A stretch of DNA of 60,985 nt, filler included, from Hausera hauseri (GCA_046269625.1; 11 parts of 11 records of this genome joined end to end with filler, not necessarily neighbours in it); one strand, 5' to 3'. Positions 10,590-21,450 are shown, counted from the first letter of the whole stretch. The notes: generated by a model from the letters alone, not told the origin. Numbers and translations: made by a program.

Positions 10590-11100
10590 TCCATCATTGA
10601 TTCCATCCTGTGGTACCATCACCCTTAATTCCCTCTCAGTGATTTTCTGACGCTTAATACAGCAATTTTGGTAATCAATCGACAAAACTCAATTAGAATT
10701 ATGAGAGCAAATATTGATGTTCCGATAATCGATATTAACGACAAGGTTGTCCGTTCGGTTAAATTTTCCGTTTTAGCAGTTGTTTTCATCTCACTTTCCG
10801 TTTCGTCATCGGTCAGTGAATTCGTGAAGACAATTTCGTTTAAGGTTCGTACCGTGAATGTTCTATTTTTTTATTTTCTGCACCTGCTTGTACGATGTAA
10901 TCCTTTTTAGGTTTCAAGTAGGTGCATTTGACCTGATGGCTACCCTTAGCCAGCGTTAATTTTTGATTGTAGTATATTGTTCGATAGTTTATCCTTACAT
11001 CGTGGTTAATTGCTTTTTCCAAAACAAAAGTTATTTCGCGCTGTTGTGTCCAGTATTTTATCGGAATTATTTCTAGATCCTTCTGAGGCAATCTATTCAT
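10581..11100 (-). pseudogene. Env-like protein C-terminal part: FN3-like domain, TM helix and tail (frameshifted)
   Basis: YLKPKKDYIVQAGAEN resembles the FN3 L.P.T.Y.V.V.A.N signature; TLSLISIIGTSIFALIILI is a TM; ends QDGINDGIT*. Confidence 0.65.
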
Positions 11101-11252
11101 TGGAATGATTCTGGCGGATGCATGAATGGTAGACTTTGTTTCCGTAGTTGTAATTCTACTTGTTATTAGAAGCGAATTCTGCTAAATCGAGTTTCTAAAT
11201 TAGTAGCTTCCTAGATAAATATTTGACTGGTTTGTTCTAACTTCATATAAAC

Positions 11253-12869
11253 CTAACTGAATCCTATATTTGTATTTCTGGGGCAACTTGCAACATCTTT
11301 TTGGCCGCTCGACGTCGATTTGGCAGTATTGTTGGTTGTGGACTGGTCGTCCTTTTTTAGAAACTGGACCGTGATTACTTGACCGTTAATTAATCGTCCT
11401 TTTGTGTTTATTTGAACGCAATTATCCTTCGGATTTTCTGTCACACTGGCTATATTTTCTTTTAGCATCCGCTTTACTAGGTCGATGGACTGGAGCATTT
11501 CGTTGGGTTTTATCTCACAATGCTTGTTCCAAGCAGGAACGACTAATTGGAATTGTGGTTTTGTTTTATAGACTTTAGATAAGTTCGGTAAGTATAATCG
11601 ATAGGTCAGATTATAAGTGTGTCCGAAGTCCGTATCGCAACATTGAGTATGTTCTCCTGGTTCGAAATCACAATTCTTTGCTTCTTTTGTTATCACATCC
11701 TCCAGGACAATTTGAAATCTTCCAAAATTGCGGTATGGTTTCTGTGCCTTAAATCCAACGCATGTGGAGTTCGGCAAGTAGTAATAGACTATGACTGATT
11801 GTAACAATGCAATATCCTTTTGCCTTTGGGTTTCTTCTGATCTTGATCCACTTTTCCATGCTTTATATACATTTTTTAATGTAGCTCCGTCGTGCCATCC
11901 TTGAGTTTGAGTTCTCGGAATACGAGAGGCAATTAACGTTAATACTAAAGCTATCTGTACGTACGATATCGATCTGGCAATTATTGAGGAAGTCTTTAAC
12001 TCAGGCTGACGTAAATTGTAACCTTTATTCCGCCGTATCTCGGTTTTAACAACTCTCTGTACTGACACGACTTCTTCATATTGTTTTCTTATTTGTCCCT
12101 GATATTCAAGCGATAACGGTTTTGCGACCTCCCAACATTTTTGCAGTCTTGTCTGCAAAACTTCGGCAAAATTTTGCTCGAGATCCTCGAGGTTCTTTTC
12201 GTAGGGCGTCATGCCTAGATCTGTGGGTAAGATTGCTTCCCATCCATACATCATAAAGAACGGAGTAAATCCTGTCGCAGGATGTAATGTCGTACTGATT
12301 GCGTATTGTGTTCCTTCTAGGAATTTGTCCCAATCCTTTTGGTCTTTTGCCACTACTGTTGATAATATCCGAATGACTGTCGCATTCATCCGTTCGACCA
12401 TTCCATTACATTGGCAATGATACGCGGTAGTAGTTAAACGTTCGATTTCAAACATCTTGGTAATTTTTTCAATTAATTTGCTTATGAAGTTCCTTCCTCT
12501 GTCTGTTAGGATCTGTTCCATTGGTCCGTATTTGCAGATAATTTTTCTTACCACTGCGTCGGCTAGTGTTTCCACTTTTTGATCCAATAATGCCACCAGT
12601 TCGACAAAATGTGTCAATCGATCCACGTATGTTAGAATATATCTGTTGTTTTTGTAAGTTTTATGTAAAGGTCCTACTATATTCACAGGCATGGCGTGCA
12701 TAGGTCTATCTGGTACGTTTATTGGTTTTAGTTTTGCTACGTAGCCTTTTGTCTTCTTTTGTTTCGTTGCGCAAACTTTGCACGCTCCTACCCAATTCTT
12801 TACGTCAATATAGATACTTGGCCAGTAGTATTTATTCAATATTCTTTCCAATGTCTTCTTCCAAGACAT
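11253..12869 (-). CDS. Gypsy integrase fused in frame to a signal-peptide-like segment and Cys-containing glycoprotein ectodomain
   Basis: YYWP..C..C, NIVGPL (first catalytic D is N), TDRGRNF, GMVERMN, TGFTPF; then ISYVQIALVLTLIAS and a domain with sequons NST, NLT, NLS, NNT. Confidence 0.85.
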   Translation of the reverse strand: MSWKKTLERILNKYYWPSIYIDVKNWVGACKVCATKQKKTKGYVAKLKPINVPDRPMHAMPVNIVGPLHKTYKNNRYILTYVDRLTHFVELVALLDQKVETLADAVVRKIICKYGPMEQILTDRGRNFISKLIEKITKMFEIERLTTTAYHCQCNGMVERMNATVIRILSTVVAKDQKDWDKFLEGTQYAISTTLHPATGFTPFFMMYGWEAILPTDLGMTPYEKNLEDLEQNFAEVLQTRLQKCWEVAKPLSLEYQGQIRKQYEEVVSVQRVVKTEIRRNKGYNLRQPELKTSSIIARSISYVQIALVLTLIASRIPRTQTQGWHDGATLKNVYKAWKSGSRSEETQRQKDIALLQSVIVYYYLPNSTCVGFKAQKPYRNFGRFQIVLEDVITKEAKNCDFEPGEHTQCCDTDFGHTYNLTYRLYLPNLSKVYKTKPQFQLVVPAWNKHCEIKPNEMLQSIDLVKRMLKENIASVTENPKDNCVQINTKGRLINGQVITVQFLKKDDQSTTNNTAKSTSSGQKDVASCPRNTNIGFS

Positions 12870-13199
12870 ATGTTCGGCTCAATGTAAAGCATGTTCGGCA
12901 ATGAGTAGTTCTGTGCGCATTTCTTTTGGAATAACTATTAATTGTTGTCAATTTCGTTCATAATACAGGATATTATCCTGGTTTGAGGCGTGATATTTAT
13001 GTCCGTGTTTCTGCAGGTGTTTTTTTAGTTGTCGTCCTTTGGGCATTTCGCCGTTCTGTGCGAACTTAACAATTTGCTGAATAACTTTATCTTTGGCTTG
13101 CTCGGCTGTAATTCTAATTGTTTTATCCATTATTAGAGTTCGTTGTAGTTCGATCATTTGTTCGATATGCTGCCTTTTTGCTATAGTAATTGCACTCGT

Positions 13200-15280
13200 T
13201 TTTGCCTTAAGCCTTGATAGTGCATCGGCGTCGACATGTTTATTTCCCGGTTTGTATTGAAATTCAATGTTATATCGTGAGATCTCTTCAATCCAACGGT
13301 TTAGTCTACATGTCGGATTATTGGCTCATCCTTTCAATGTCGTAACTGCCTTGTGGTCAGTTACTATTATAATCCTTTGTCCGTAGACATAGACATTAAA
13401 ATGTCATAATGTTTCCTTAACGGCTAACGTTTTTAATTTGGTAACCGAATAATTCTTTTCTGCTTTCTTTAGTGAACATCTACCATAGGCTATCGGGTGT
13501 TCTAGTTCCTCATCCTCTCGTTTTTGAGCTAATTCATAACCTATACCTTCTTTACTTGCATCTGTTTTACTGATGAATGGTACGTTGAAATCAGGGTATC
13601 TTAGGACCGGTTTGCTTGTTAAAATTTTCTTAATTTCGTCGAATGCCTTTTGCCCTATTTCCGTCCATCTCCACTTAGTTCCTTTCTTGAGTATGCGATA
13701 TAGTGGCGCATTGATTTTCGAATAGTCCGGTACGTAAGGGGCATAATATCCACATAGGCCTAGCCAATGCCTTAACTCTTTGGTTTTGATATTTTGTCTA
13801 ATAGTGACTTATCTGGTCTTGATCCTCCTTCTCCAACTATGTGTCCGAGGTATGATACTGCGTTCTTGGCCCATTTACATATCTTTGATTTAGTTTCAAA
13901 CCTGCTTGTTGCAACCGCATGAGAATATCTTCAATGTATTTTAAGTGTTCTTCTTCTGTTTTTGATGCTAACATCACATAGTCTAAGTACGCGAATGCAT
14001 GATCAAGTCCCATCAGCATCTTATTCATCATTTTATTAAAAATAGTTTGTCCTGTGGTGATGTCAAAATGCATAACATTAAATTCGTATACGTTATCGTG
14101 TGTTTTGAACGCGGTCTTATATCGATCTTTTTCTTTGATTTCCACTTGCCAGTATCCCGATTGTAAGTCGAGAGTGGTAAACCATTTTTCTCATGATAGT
14201 CTGTCTAAAGCTTCCTTTACTGATGGTAGGGGGAACGAGTCTTTCATCATCAGTGTGTTTAATGCCCCATAATCTATACAAAACGAATGTTTTGAATATT
14301 ATTTTTCTTAACCATAAGTATATGAGAGTACCATGATCAGTAGCTTTGTCGAATTATGTCGGCCTTTAACATTCGCTCGACTTCTTTAGTTATCTGCGGT
14401 CTCAATGAGTGAGGAGGCGGGTACCACTTGGGCATTTTCTTTTCTTCTAGATCGATCTCGCCATTTCAGCCGGGTTTCTTCCTTAATGGAATTGTTTATC
14501 ATAGTGCTTTTGCTCTACCTATGTTTTCTTCGTTTTGTGCAATTATCGAACTGTATTTGCATAATAATTCGTGGAACTTGTAATACCCTTCCGGAGAGAA
14601 TTTGGTTTCGACGTGAGGTGGAAATTCAGCGCACTTGTATGGATTTTCTTCTACTTTTATTGCCGATACCCTAGAAGTGTGACCTAGAGTAGTGTTAACG
14701 TGCAATCGTACGGGAATTGGTGCATTGTTCACTAATCTGATAGGTATTCGTCCCGTCACTACTCTACATAGAATATTGATAATCATGAGGTTTGGGTCGA
14801 TATTCTCTTGAGGTTCAAAATATACCGGCAGATCTTCGTCTTGGCAAATCTGTGCGAAAATTATCATTTCGGTCTTGGGCGGAATATCTTCGTCTACCGG
14901 AATCCATACTTCTCCCGATTTCCTTTCCTTTATTACTTTCGTCCCTTTTATTGGTTTGAGCTCAACTAATTTTCCATTATGTACATCAATTGCCATACCT
15001 GGTATCTGTTTCAATATATCACAACCTAACACTACATCGTCTATCAACTGGTCCATTACCTCGAATTCATGTTGAAGTGCTTGGCCCATCATATAAAAGG
15101 TAGGAGTCCATTTGAATTTCGGTTTCGATACCTGTCCAAATGCTTCTAATCTACCAGGGTCCGATAATAATGGTGAGAATAGTTGGTCGCGTAGTGTGAT
15201 TGGCATTGATTCGTGTTTTATAAACGACTTTTCTGATCCTGTGTCGATTAAGGCGTATACCTTCCAATCTTCGACGTATA
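13200..15280 (-). pseudogene. Gypsy pol: aspartic protease, dUTPase-like spacer, RT, RNase H (multiple stops and frameshifts)
   Basis: ALIDTGS, VVLGCDIL, LDLQSGYWQV, KTAF, PVLRYPDF, VTDHKA, YKPGNKHVDADALSR. Confidence 0.9.
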
Positions 15281-15902
15281 TTTAAGAAAGGGTCTTCCCT
15301 CTACTACAGTTCTGTGGCAATTTGATGTTATTTTTGACTGTTATAGTAAAGATTCTGTGTCCATTTATCGTTATTTCTGGGGATGAAATGATATCTTGCT
15401 TTAATTGTCTTAATTCTCCATTCGGGTACAAATCATTATTTGTTATTTCCGTGACGCGGTCGTCAATGAGTGGTTCTTGAGGTAAGGGGCCTGAGATCGA
15501 GCATAGCCTCGGGTTCTCCCAGATTGTTGATTTTGATTCTATGTGACGAGATATTCTTTTCGAGTACAATATTCCGTGGTTGTTTTCTGTTGGTTCTTTG
15601 TTGATAACATTCATTTTCCGTAGTACTCCGTATTGTTTTGTTTTTTCATAAGGGTCTTCATAGTTAATGGGCTTTTAATAGATTTCGGATCTACATGATA
15701 CTATCGATTTGCGGTCGCAGTCTTCATATATTGGCGCTGTTGGTGGCATGATGGGCAATGGTGCGTTTATTACTGAGTACATCCTGTGCATCCTTACTCT
15801 GGNNNNNNNNNNNNNNNNNNNNNNNNNNNNNNNNNNNNNNNNNNNNTTAATTAATTAANNNNNNNNNNNNNNNNNNNNNNNNNNNNNNNNNNNNNNNNNN
15901 NN

Positions 15903-17577
15903 CCTGTGTTGTCGCTGGCAGAAGTGGATTGTTTACATTAGCCTCGGTGCTAATAGTTAGCTGTCGTTGTTCTTGAGGGTTCAGTAAGGGTTCATTTGTT
16001 GCAGCGCTTTGAGTGGGCCTGGAAGAAGTCATCGTAGCAGGTGAGTGTTCCTGATTTAGTGTCAGATTAGGTCTTTGGGTGGGCGTTGCGTCATCGGTTT
16101 GCGACAGTGTTGGGTCCCTGGGTAATCGCGTCGCATCGTAGGTCAACAGTAGATCTTTAACTTCATCAACAGTTCGTAAAGAGAAACGTTTGCCCAAATT
16201 ATGTCTCGCCCATTTGGTAGCAATTATTAAAGGGGCCTCGAAAACCCCGCCAAGATCAGAGAGGAATTCTGTTTCATTTGAAATCTGTTCTTCGTAATGT
16301 TGTCTTAAAATACCAATGGTATTTTTGGCCCAACTTTTAGCATTGTTAGCGATCAGTTCACTCGTTTCTGGGGAGGGGTTAGCCGGTTTAATAATTGTCT
16401 CTAAATTGTTGGTAATCTTCTGAATAGCAGGAGGGAGACTCTCATCATTTGACACGTACTTAAGGTGATGTTTAGCTTTCAGGATTCTGTGCAAAGTCCT
16501 GACTTTAATGGTGAAATGTTCATCATTGGACGAATTGTGTGTCACCGTGGGCTCTGAATTGTTTTGGGGACTTACGTGATGTGGCCTCCGTTGTCTCCTG
16601 AAGTGGGTTGGGCCTCTGTTGTTATTATGGTGTTGATGATCCGATGTTTGTAGATGTTCAGTGGGTCGAGGGTTCTGTTGGGGACTCAAATGATGTGAGT
16701 CACGAGATCTCCTGGTCGAGGTCCGGTTTCTGTTCAAGTGGTCGTGGTCTTGATGCTGTTGTCTCCTACTCTGTCTGTGATTCTGTTCGTCAGGTGGGTG
16801 GAATGTTTCAGCAGGCCAGAAGTTTCTCTGAGGACTCACACGGCGTGGATGTCTGGGTGGAGTTGGACTTCTGTTGTTCCTGTGATACCGGTCATGAGGT
16901 GGGTGAAATGTTTCAGCAGGCCAGAAGTTTCTCTGAGGACTCGCACGACGTGGACGCCTGGGTGAGGCTGGACCTCTGTTGCTCCCATGATAACGGTCCT
17001 GAGGTGGGTGGAATGTTTCCGCAGGCCAGAAGTTTCTCTGAGGACTTGCATGACGGGGACGTCTAGGTGGGGTTGGACTTCTGTTGTTCCTGTGACGTCG
17101 ATCGTGAGGTGGGTGGAATGTTTCAGTAGGCAAGAAGTTTCTTCTGGGTGAGGCTGGAGGTCTGTTGTAGCTGTAGTCCTGGTCTTCAGGTCGATGGAGT
17201 GCCTCAGTAGGACAAAGGTTCTGCGCAGGACTCACATAACGTTGGTGTTGTCGTTCTCTAATTGGAGATGTGTTTGTGTTCCTTCTGTAGTGACTGTGGT
17301 GGTAAGATCGGCGCCCCCGCGCAGAGCCATTGGCAGGACGAAACCCGCCTCTGTCCCAAGTCCCATCCTCACGTGCTTGCCAGCGCCGAGATGGGCGTCC
17401 ACGAGTCACCGAGGCATAAGTCCTGTGTTCAGGCCTGGAGCTCGGAGGGTCATGTCTCTCCCTCTCATCCCTCAGGGGGCTTCTGTAGGGCTGGTTCTGC
17501 TCGTGGAATCTTCTTTTACCACGGTGGTAATGGACCGTGGTCCACGGATCTTCATGTTGGTAAGGCATTTTTTTCAA
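15903..17577 (-). CDS. PLE ORF1 N-terminal part (R/S/P/H-rich, 35-aa repeats); continues in frame at 22508
   Basis: ..LLPATTQ joins AHPPPPPQHRPTVTTAGT-MTDSIP across the terminal overlap; joined ORF about 917 aa. Confidence 0.85.
16560..17150 (-). repeat. 105-bp (35-aa) tandem repeat in ORF1
   Basis: GGAATGTTTC..CAGGCCAGAAGTTTCTCTGAGGACT units near 16800, 16905, 17010, 17115 plus degenerate copies; protein SPQRNFWPAETFHPP. Confidence 0.9.
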
Positions 17578-17733
17578 AAAATGTTGTTTAAAATAGAGCT
17601 GAGCAAAAAATGTCAGTAGGCTGCTAAAAGCTGCAGAATTGTTGGAAAAAATGCAAAAAAAAGAAATGAAACTGTGGCTTGTTTTTTGCCTTTTAGCTTT
17701 TTTAATAAAAACTATTTACAATATTTACAAGAT

Positions 17734-17797
17734 ACAGCATTTATAAAGGACAACGTTTCGGCTTATGATCGAGCCTTCTTCAGGTCAAAAATGCTGT
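17734..17797 (-). ncRNA. Type I hammerhead ribozyme
   Basis: Sense ACAGCATTT-TTGAC-CTGAAGA-A-GGCT(loop)AGCC-GAAAC-GTTG-TC-..-AAATGCTGT: CUGANGA and GAAA cores, stem II GGCT/AGCC, outer stem ACAGCATTT/AAATGCTGT. Confidence 0.85.
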
Positions 17798-17826
17798 TTC
17801 AAACAGTAACTGGAACCTGCTACCCC

Positions 17827-17909
17827 TATATATAGGAAAAAATTCAAACTGTAGCTTTGAAGCAGGAAAGAGCCCCGATTGGCCCAAGGTGCATGGTTTA
17901 GTCCAATCA
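17827..17909 (-). promoter_or_regulatory. Putative Pol II promoter of the PLE (TATATATA box and two CCAAT boxes)
   Basis: TATATATA ~17827-17834, about 30 nt upstream of the hammerhead; CCAAT/ATTGG at ~17878 and ~17903. Confidence 0.55.
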
Positions 17910-18384
17910 TGTGCCAGGGGTGTGGCCAGGTGTCGATTTAAATGCACCTGTTAGGTCTGGCATTATGTTGAGGCAATAGAAAGTCCTTTTGTGAGAACCA
18001 TATAACTGGGAAAAGTATAGTTAATACTATATGGCTTCAGCACATAAACAAGGTATAATAAAATCAGGCATCAAACAATATAAAGGGTAAATAGAACAAA
18101 AATTAGCTTCAAATTACATTCCAAAGTAACGTCCAAATAAGGTTGTTCATGAAATAAAGTAAAAGTGTTGTTAAACCATCTTGTGATAAAATAAAATATT
18201 TTTTTACACACAGGACTCACATGATGTTTGGGCTGCAGAGGTCACAAAACTGTCAAACTAAAAGCGACAGCCCCATCTAGTGGACAAAGTAAGTAATTAC
18301 AAAATAAAATGAAATAAAATAAAGGAGTCCCCTGTTTGGGTTTATTAAGGTGAAGAACATGAAAATCTAGTGGTTTTGGAGTGG

Positions 18385-19085
18385 CTTAAGTTTAGGAGGG
18401 GAGAAGTAGGCTTTATTTAAAAAAACTTGGTTAAGTTTAGGGCTGATCTGGTAATAGGTTCAGGTTGGAAATGGTTAAGTTTAGTTTGGTGACTTGGTTA
18501 GGCTCTCAAGTTGGTTAAATTTAGGTTAAATTAGGGTTAATGTGGATCAGATTTGTTGGTTAGGGTTAGGAGCAAGTAAATATAGGTTCAGTAAGACACC
18601 AATTCGGTTTTAGGGTCAGATTGAAGTCAGGTTAAGTGTCATTCATGGAGCGAGATTGCCCTCTTGTGGACAACCCGGAGAACTGAACAAAAAGAGAGGT
18701 TATTTTATAGACTAAATTATTTGATCCTGATTATTTTAATAATAGATGGTTAGGTTTAGGGCATACTTGAGATGGTTCAGGTGAAAATTGGTTAAGCTTA
18801 GGGTTTGGTATCCTGGTTAGGCATTAAAACTGATTGAATTTTTGTTTTGTGTTTAATTCAAATTAATCTGGATAAGGGTTATGGTTAGGTTAAGGAAAGT
18901 TGAATGTAGGTACATTAAAGCACAGATTAGGTTTTAAGGTCGTATTGGTAAATGTTTTAGGTTTAGGAATAAGAGCGAGATTGCCCTCCAAATGGATTAG
19001 GTTTTGTAGGAATGATATTGGGGCCATCAGAGGGGCAAGGACTGAAGGTGGGACTCAATTAAGAAGGCACTGGCTAGGTTAGGTG
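18385..19085 (+). repeat. Degenerate TTAGGG/TTAGG-rich tract with an internal ~324-bp diverged duplication
   Basis: Many TTAGGG/TTAGGT words; GAGCGAGATTGCCCTC at ~18648 and ~18972. Confidence 0.7.
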
Positions 19086-19095
19086 TGAGGGAGTG

Positions 19096-19128
19096 GAAAA
19101 ATCTGCGGCCGCAGGCCGCAGATTTTTC
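19096..19128. other. Perfect 15-bp stem hairpin downstream of PLE ORF2
   Basis: GAAAAATCTGCGGCC-GCA-GGCCGCAGATTTTTC. Confidence 0.9.
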
Positions 19129-19200
19129 ACGTGTCAGAGATCCTGTTACCAGAGGCAAAGGATCCCCAAATGCACTGGCTCATCTAGAGTGAGTACCCAC

Positions 19201-21450
19201 CTATTTCTCGTTCAGCCCAAGAGGGATGTTTGTATTAAGTCTATTTATCCATATTTTTTCAGCTCTGCGTCTTTGAGCTGTGGACCAAGTGCGGTTGGAT
19301 TCCAACACTGTGGCTGTGACCGCCTGCCAGCCATGTTCAGCAAAATGCTGAACAAGAGGTAAGTGCGTATTTCTGTTTTTGTTAATGTTATACCTATGTT
19401 GGGTGAATCGTTCCAGGATGGTGTTGCCTGTTTCGCCCACATAGTTGATTTTACAAATTTTGCAAGTGATTAAATATACACAATTTTTAGATCTGGGGTT
19501 TCCTGATTGTTCTAATTTAAATACGGTCTTATCAGATCTGTTCTGTACCAAGTTTAATTGTTTGAAGAACTGACTTTTATCATTAGTTTTTTTCTGTTTT
19601 AAAGGTTTTAATTCTGCGTGGACCAGGAGGTCCCTCAAATTTTTGTTCCTTTTATAGGCCGCAATTATCCTGTGATTTGGAAGTAAAGAGTGGTCCGCTT
19701 GTAATTGGTTGAAATTTTGTTTTACGTTGCAGATGAGTAGGTTAGCCGAAGACGAGTAAGTGGTGATTAGAGGAAGCATGGGAGAAGGATCTCTCGATTT
19801 GGCCTGCAGGAATGAGCCTCTGCAAGATCTGAGAAATGACCGGGAGTAGCCACGTTTGGAGAGGGCCGCAAACAGGATCCTCACCGCTTCCTCAAAGTCT
19901 TTGTGTTGGGTGCATATTCTGTGAAATCGAAGTAATTGTGACTTAATTAGGCCTGCGTAAGTGTGTTTTGGGTGGAAACTTGTTTTAAAAAGTAGTGTAT
20001 GTGTGTCTGTTGGTTTGAAATAAACCTTAATGTCCAATTTCTTTGTGGTGTGGAATGTGTCCCCCTTATAGGTTGTGGTGTCCAAAAAATCAACTGTGTT
20101 GAGGTCAGTGGTCGATTTCAGTTGTATTGAGGGATTGAAACCATTAAGCTCCTTAATGAATTCATCAAAGTCAGCCTGTGAGTGGGTCCAAATCCCCCAA
20201 ATGTCATCCAGGTATCTAAAATAATAAAGTGGCTTTTTACTGCAGGAGTTAAGTGCATCTGTTTCCCATTCCGCCATGAAAATGTTAGCGTAGGCCGGGG
20301 CAAATCTTTTCCCCATGGCCGTACCCTTCACTTGAAGAAAGAATTGGCCATTGAAATGGAAATCATTACGCCTTAGGTTGATTTCCAATAGTTTTAGAAT
20401 TTCTTTATCTGGTCTGGAATTGTCAGGATATTTAAGAAAGGCATTTTTTATGGCATTAATACCCTGATCGATATCAATGTTCGTATAGAGGCTGTCAACA
20501 TCACATGTAAATAAAATCGATTCCTCTGGTATGATTGTATGTTTAATTTTATCTATAAAATCATAGGTATCTTTCAAGTAACTGTTGTGTAGCGTTGATA
20601 AAGGAAACAGGAAATGGTCAATGAATTCAGCTGTGCCATATGACTCGCTGGAGCAGTCTGAGACAATAGGTCTCCCAGGGGGGATCTCATGTGGTTTAGT
20701 CCATTTGGAGGGTTCTTTGTGAATTTTAGGTAATAAATAGAATTTTCTCATTCTCACTTCTGAAGAGCCTATCAGGTAGTTTTTTTGTTTGGCGTTGATG
20801 AATTTCTTGATGTATAAGTCCTGGACAGTTTTAACAATCATTGGGATGGTCTCTTTATAAATGGGTTGGTCTAATTGTTGGTAGTAGGTATTATTATATA
20901 GCTGTCTGTTGGCCTCAAAAATGTATTGTTCTCGATCCATTATGACTACAGCGCTCCCTTTGTCAGCTGGTTTTATGACTATGTTTTTGTTTTTTATTAA
21001 CTCTTTAAGGGCCTCATTTTCTACTTTGCTTAAGTTGGGTTGTGCTTTTTTGATTCTGTATTTTTTATCAAAGTATTTCAGATCCTTTTGAATTAAGTTT
21101 CTGATCCCTGGAGGAATTAAGTTATCGTGAGGTGTCCAGTTAGATTCAGGTGTGAATTTGGCGTCAATATCATTGGGAGCTTTTGTGGTATTGTCTTGGT
21201 AGTATACAGCTAATTTGATTCTTCTATGATATCGCTGAAGGTCAAGTCTGGTCTGAAGGATCCTCTTTCTGTCATTGATTGTGCCCTGGGTTGGAATAAA
21301 AGTCAGGCCTTTACTTAGGAGGGAACTTTGAGCTTTACTCAAAATAAAGTGTTTTGAAAGGTTGTAAACATTTTCATTATTAAAGTTACCTTTTTTAGGC
21401 CCCACTTTAATAGAGTTTTTGGGGCGATTTAGTTTAAATAGTATGACCAA
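19201..21450 (-). CDS. PLE reverse transcriptase with C-terminal GIY-YIG endonuclease, intact 749 aa
   Basis: LSKGLTFIP, KPADKGSAVV, YLLPKIHK, GRPIVS, DVDSLYTNI, GTAMG, FRYLDD, FLD; CVYLITC..C..NYVGETG..RFTQH..E..WI..L.T..P.GLN. Confidence 0.96.
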   Translation of the reverse strand: MVILFKLNRPKNSIKVGPKKGNFNNENVYNLSKHFILSKAQSSLLSKGLTFIPTQGTINDRKRILQTRLDLQRYHRRIKLAVYYQDNTTKAPNDIDAKFTPESNWTPHDNLIPPGIRNLIQKDLKYFDKKYRIKKAQPNLSKVENEALKELIKNKNIVIKPADKGSAVVIMDREQYIFEANRQLYNNTYYQQLDQPIYKETIPMIVKTVQDLYIKKFINAKQKNYLIGSSEVRMRKFYLLPKIHKEPSKWTKPHEIPPGRPIVSDCSSESYGTAEFIDHFLFPLSTLHNSYLKDTYDFIDKIKHTIIPEESILFTCDVDSLYTNIDIDQGINAIKNAFLKYPDNSRPDKEILKLLEINLRRNDFHFNGQFFLQVKGTAMGKRFAPAYANIFMAEWETDALNSCSKKPLYYFRYLDDIWGIWTHSQADFDEFIKELNGFNPSIQLKSTTDLNTVDFLDTTTYKGDTFHTTKKLDIKVYFKPTDTHTLLFKTSFHPKHTYAGLIKSQLLRFHRICTQHKDFEEAVRILFAALSKRGYSRSFLRSCRGSFLQAKSRDPSPMLPLITTYSSSANLLICNVKQNFNQLQADHSLLPNHRIIAAYKRNKNLRDLLVHAELKPLKQKKTNDKSQFFKQLNLVQNRSDKTVFKLEQSGNPRSKNCVYLITCKICKINYVGETGNTILERFTQHRYNINKNRNTHLPLVQHFAEHGWQAVTATVLESNRTWSTAQRRRAEKIWINRLNTNIPLGLNEK

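Larger units (their letters stand above)
9467..15802 (-). mobile_element. Ty3/Gypsy LTR retrotransposon internal region: PR, dUTPase-like, RT, RNase H, IN, env-like, exonuclease-like (decayed)
   Basis: Domain order PR (ALIDTGS ~15235-15255), RT (DRYKTAF, AYLDY), RH, IN (HHCC, TDRG, VERMN) is the Ty3/Gypsy order. Confidence 0.93.

Noticed and set aside
16560-17150. Regularly spaced repeats as a CRISPR array
   Set aside because: Whole 105-bp units repeat in frame inside a coding ORF; no unique spacers, no cas genes, eukaryotic context.
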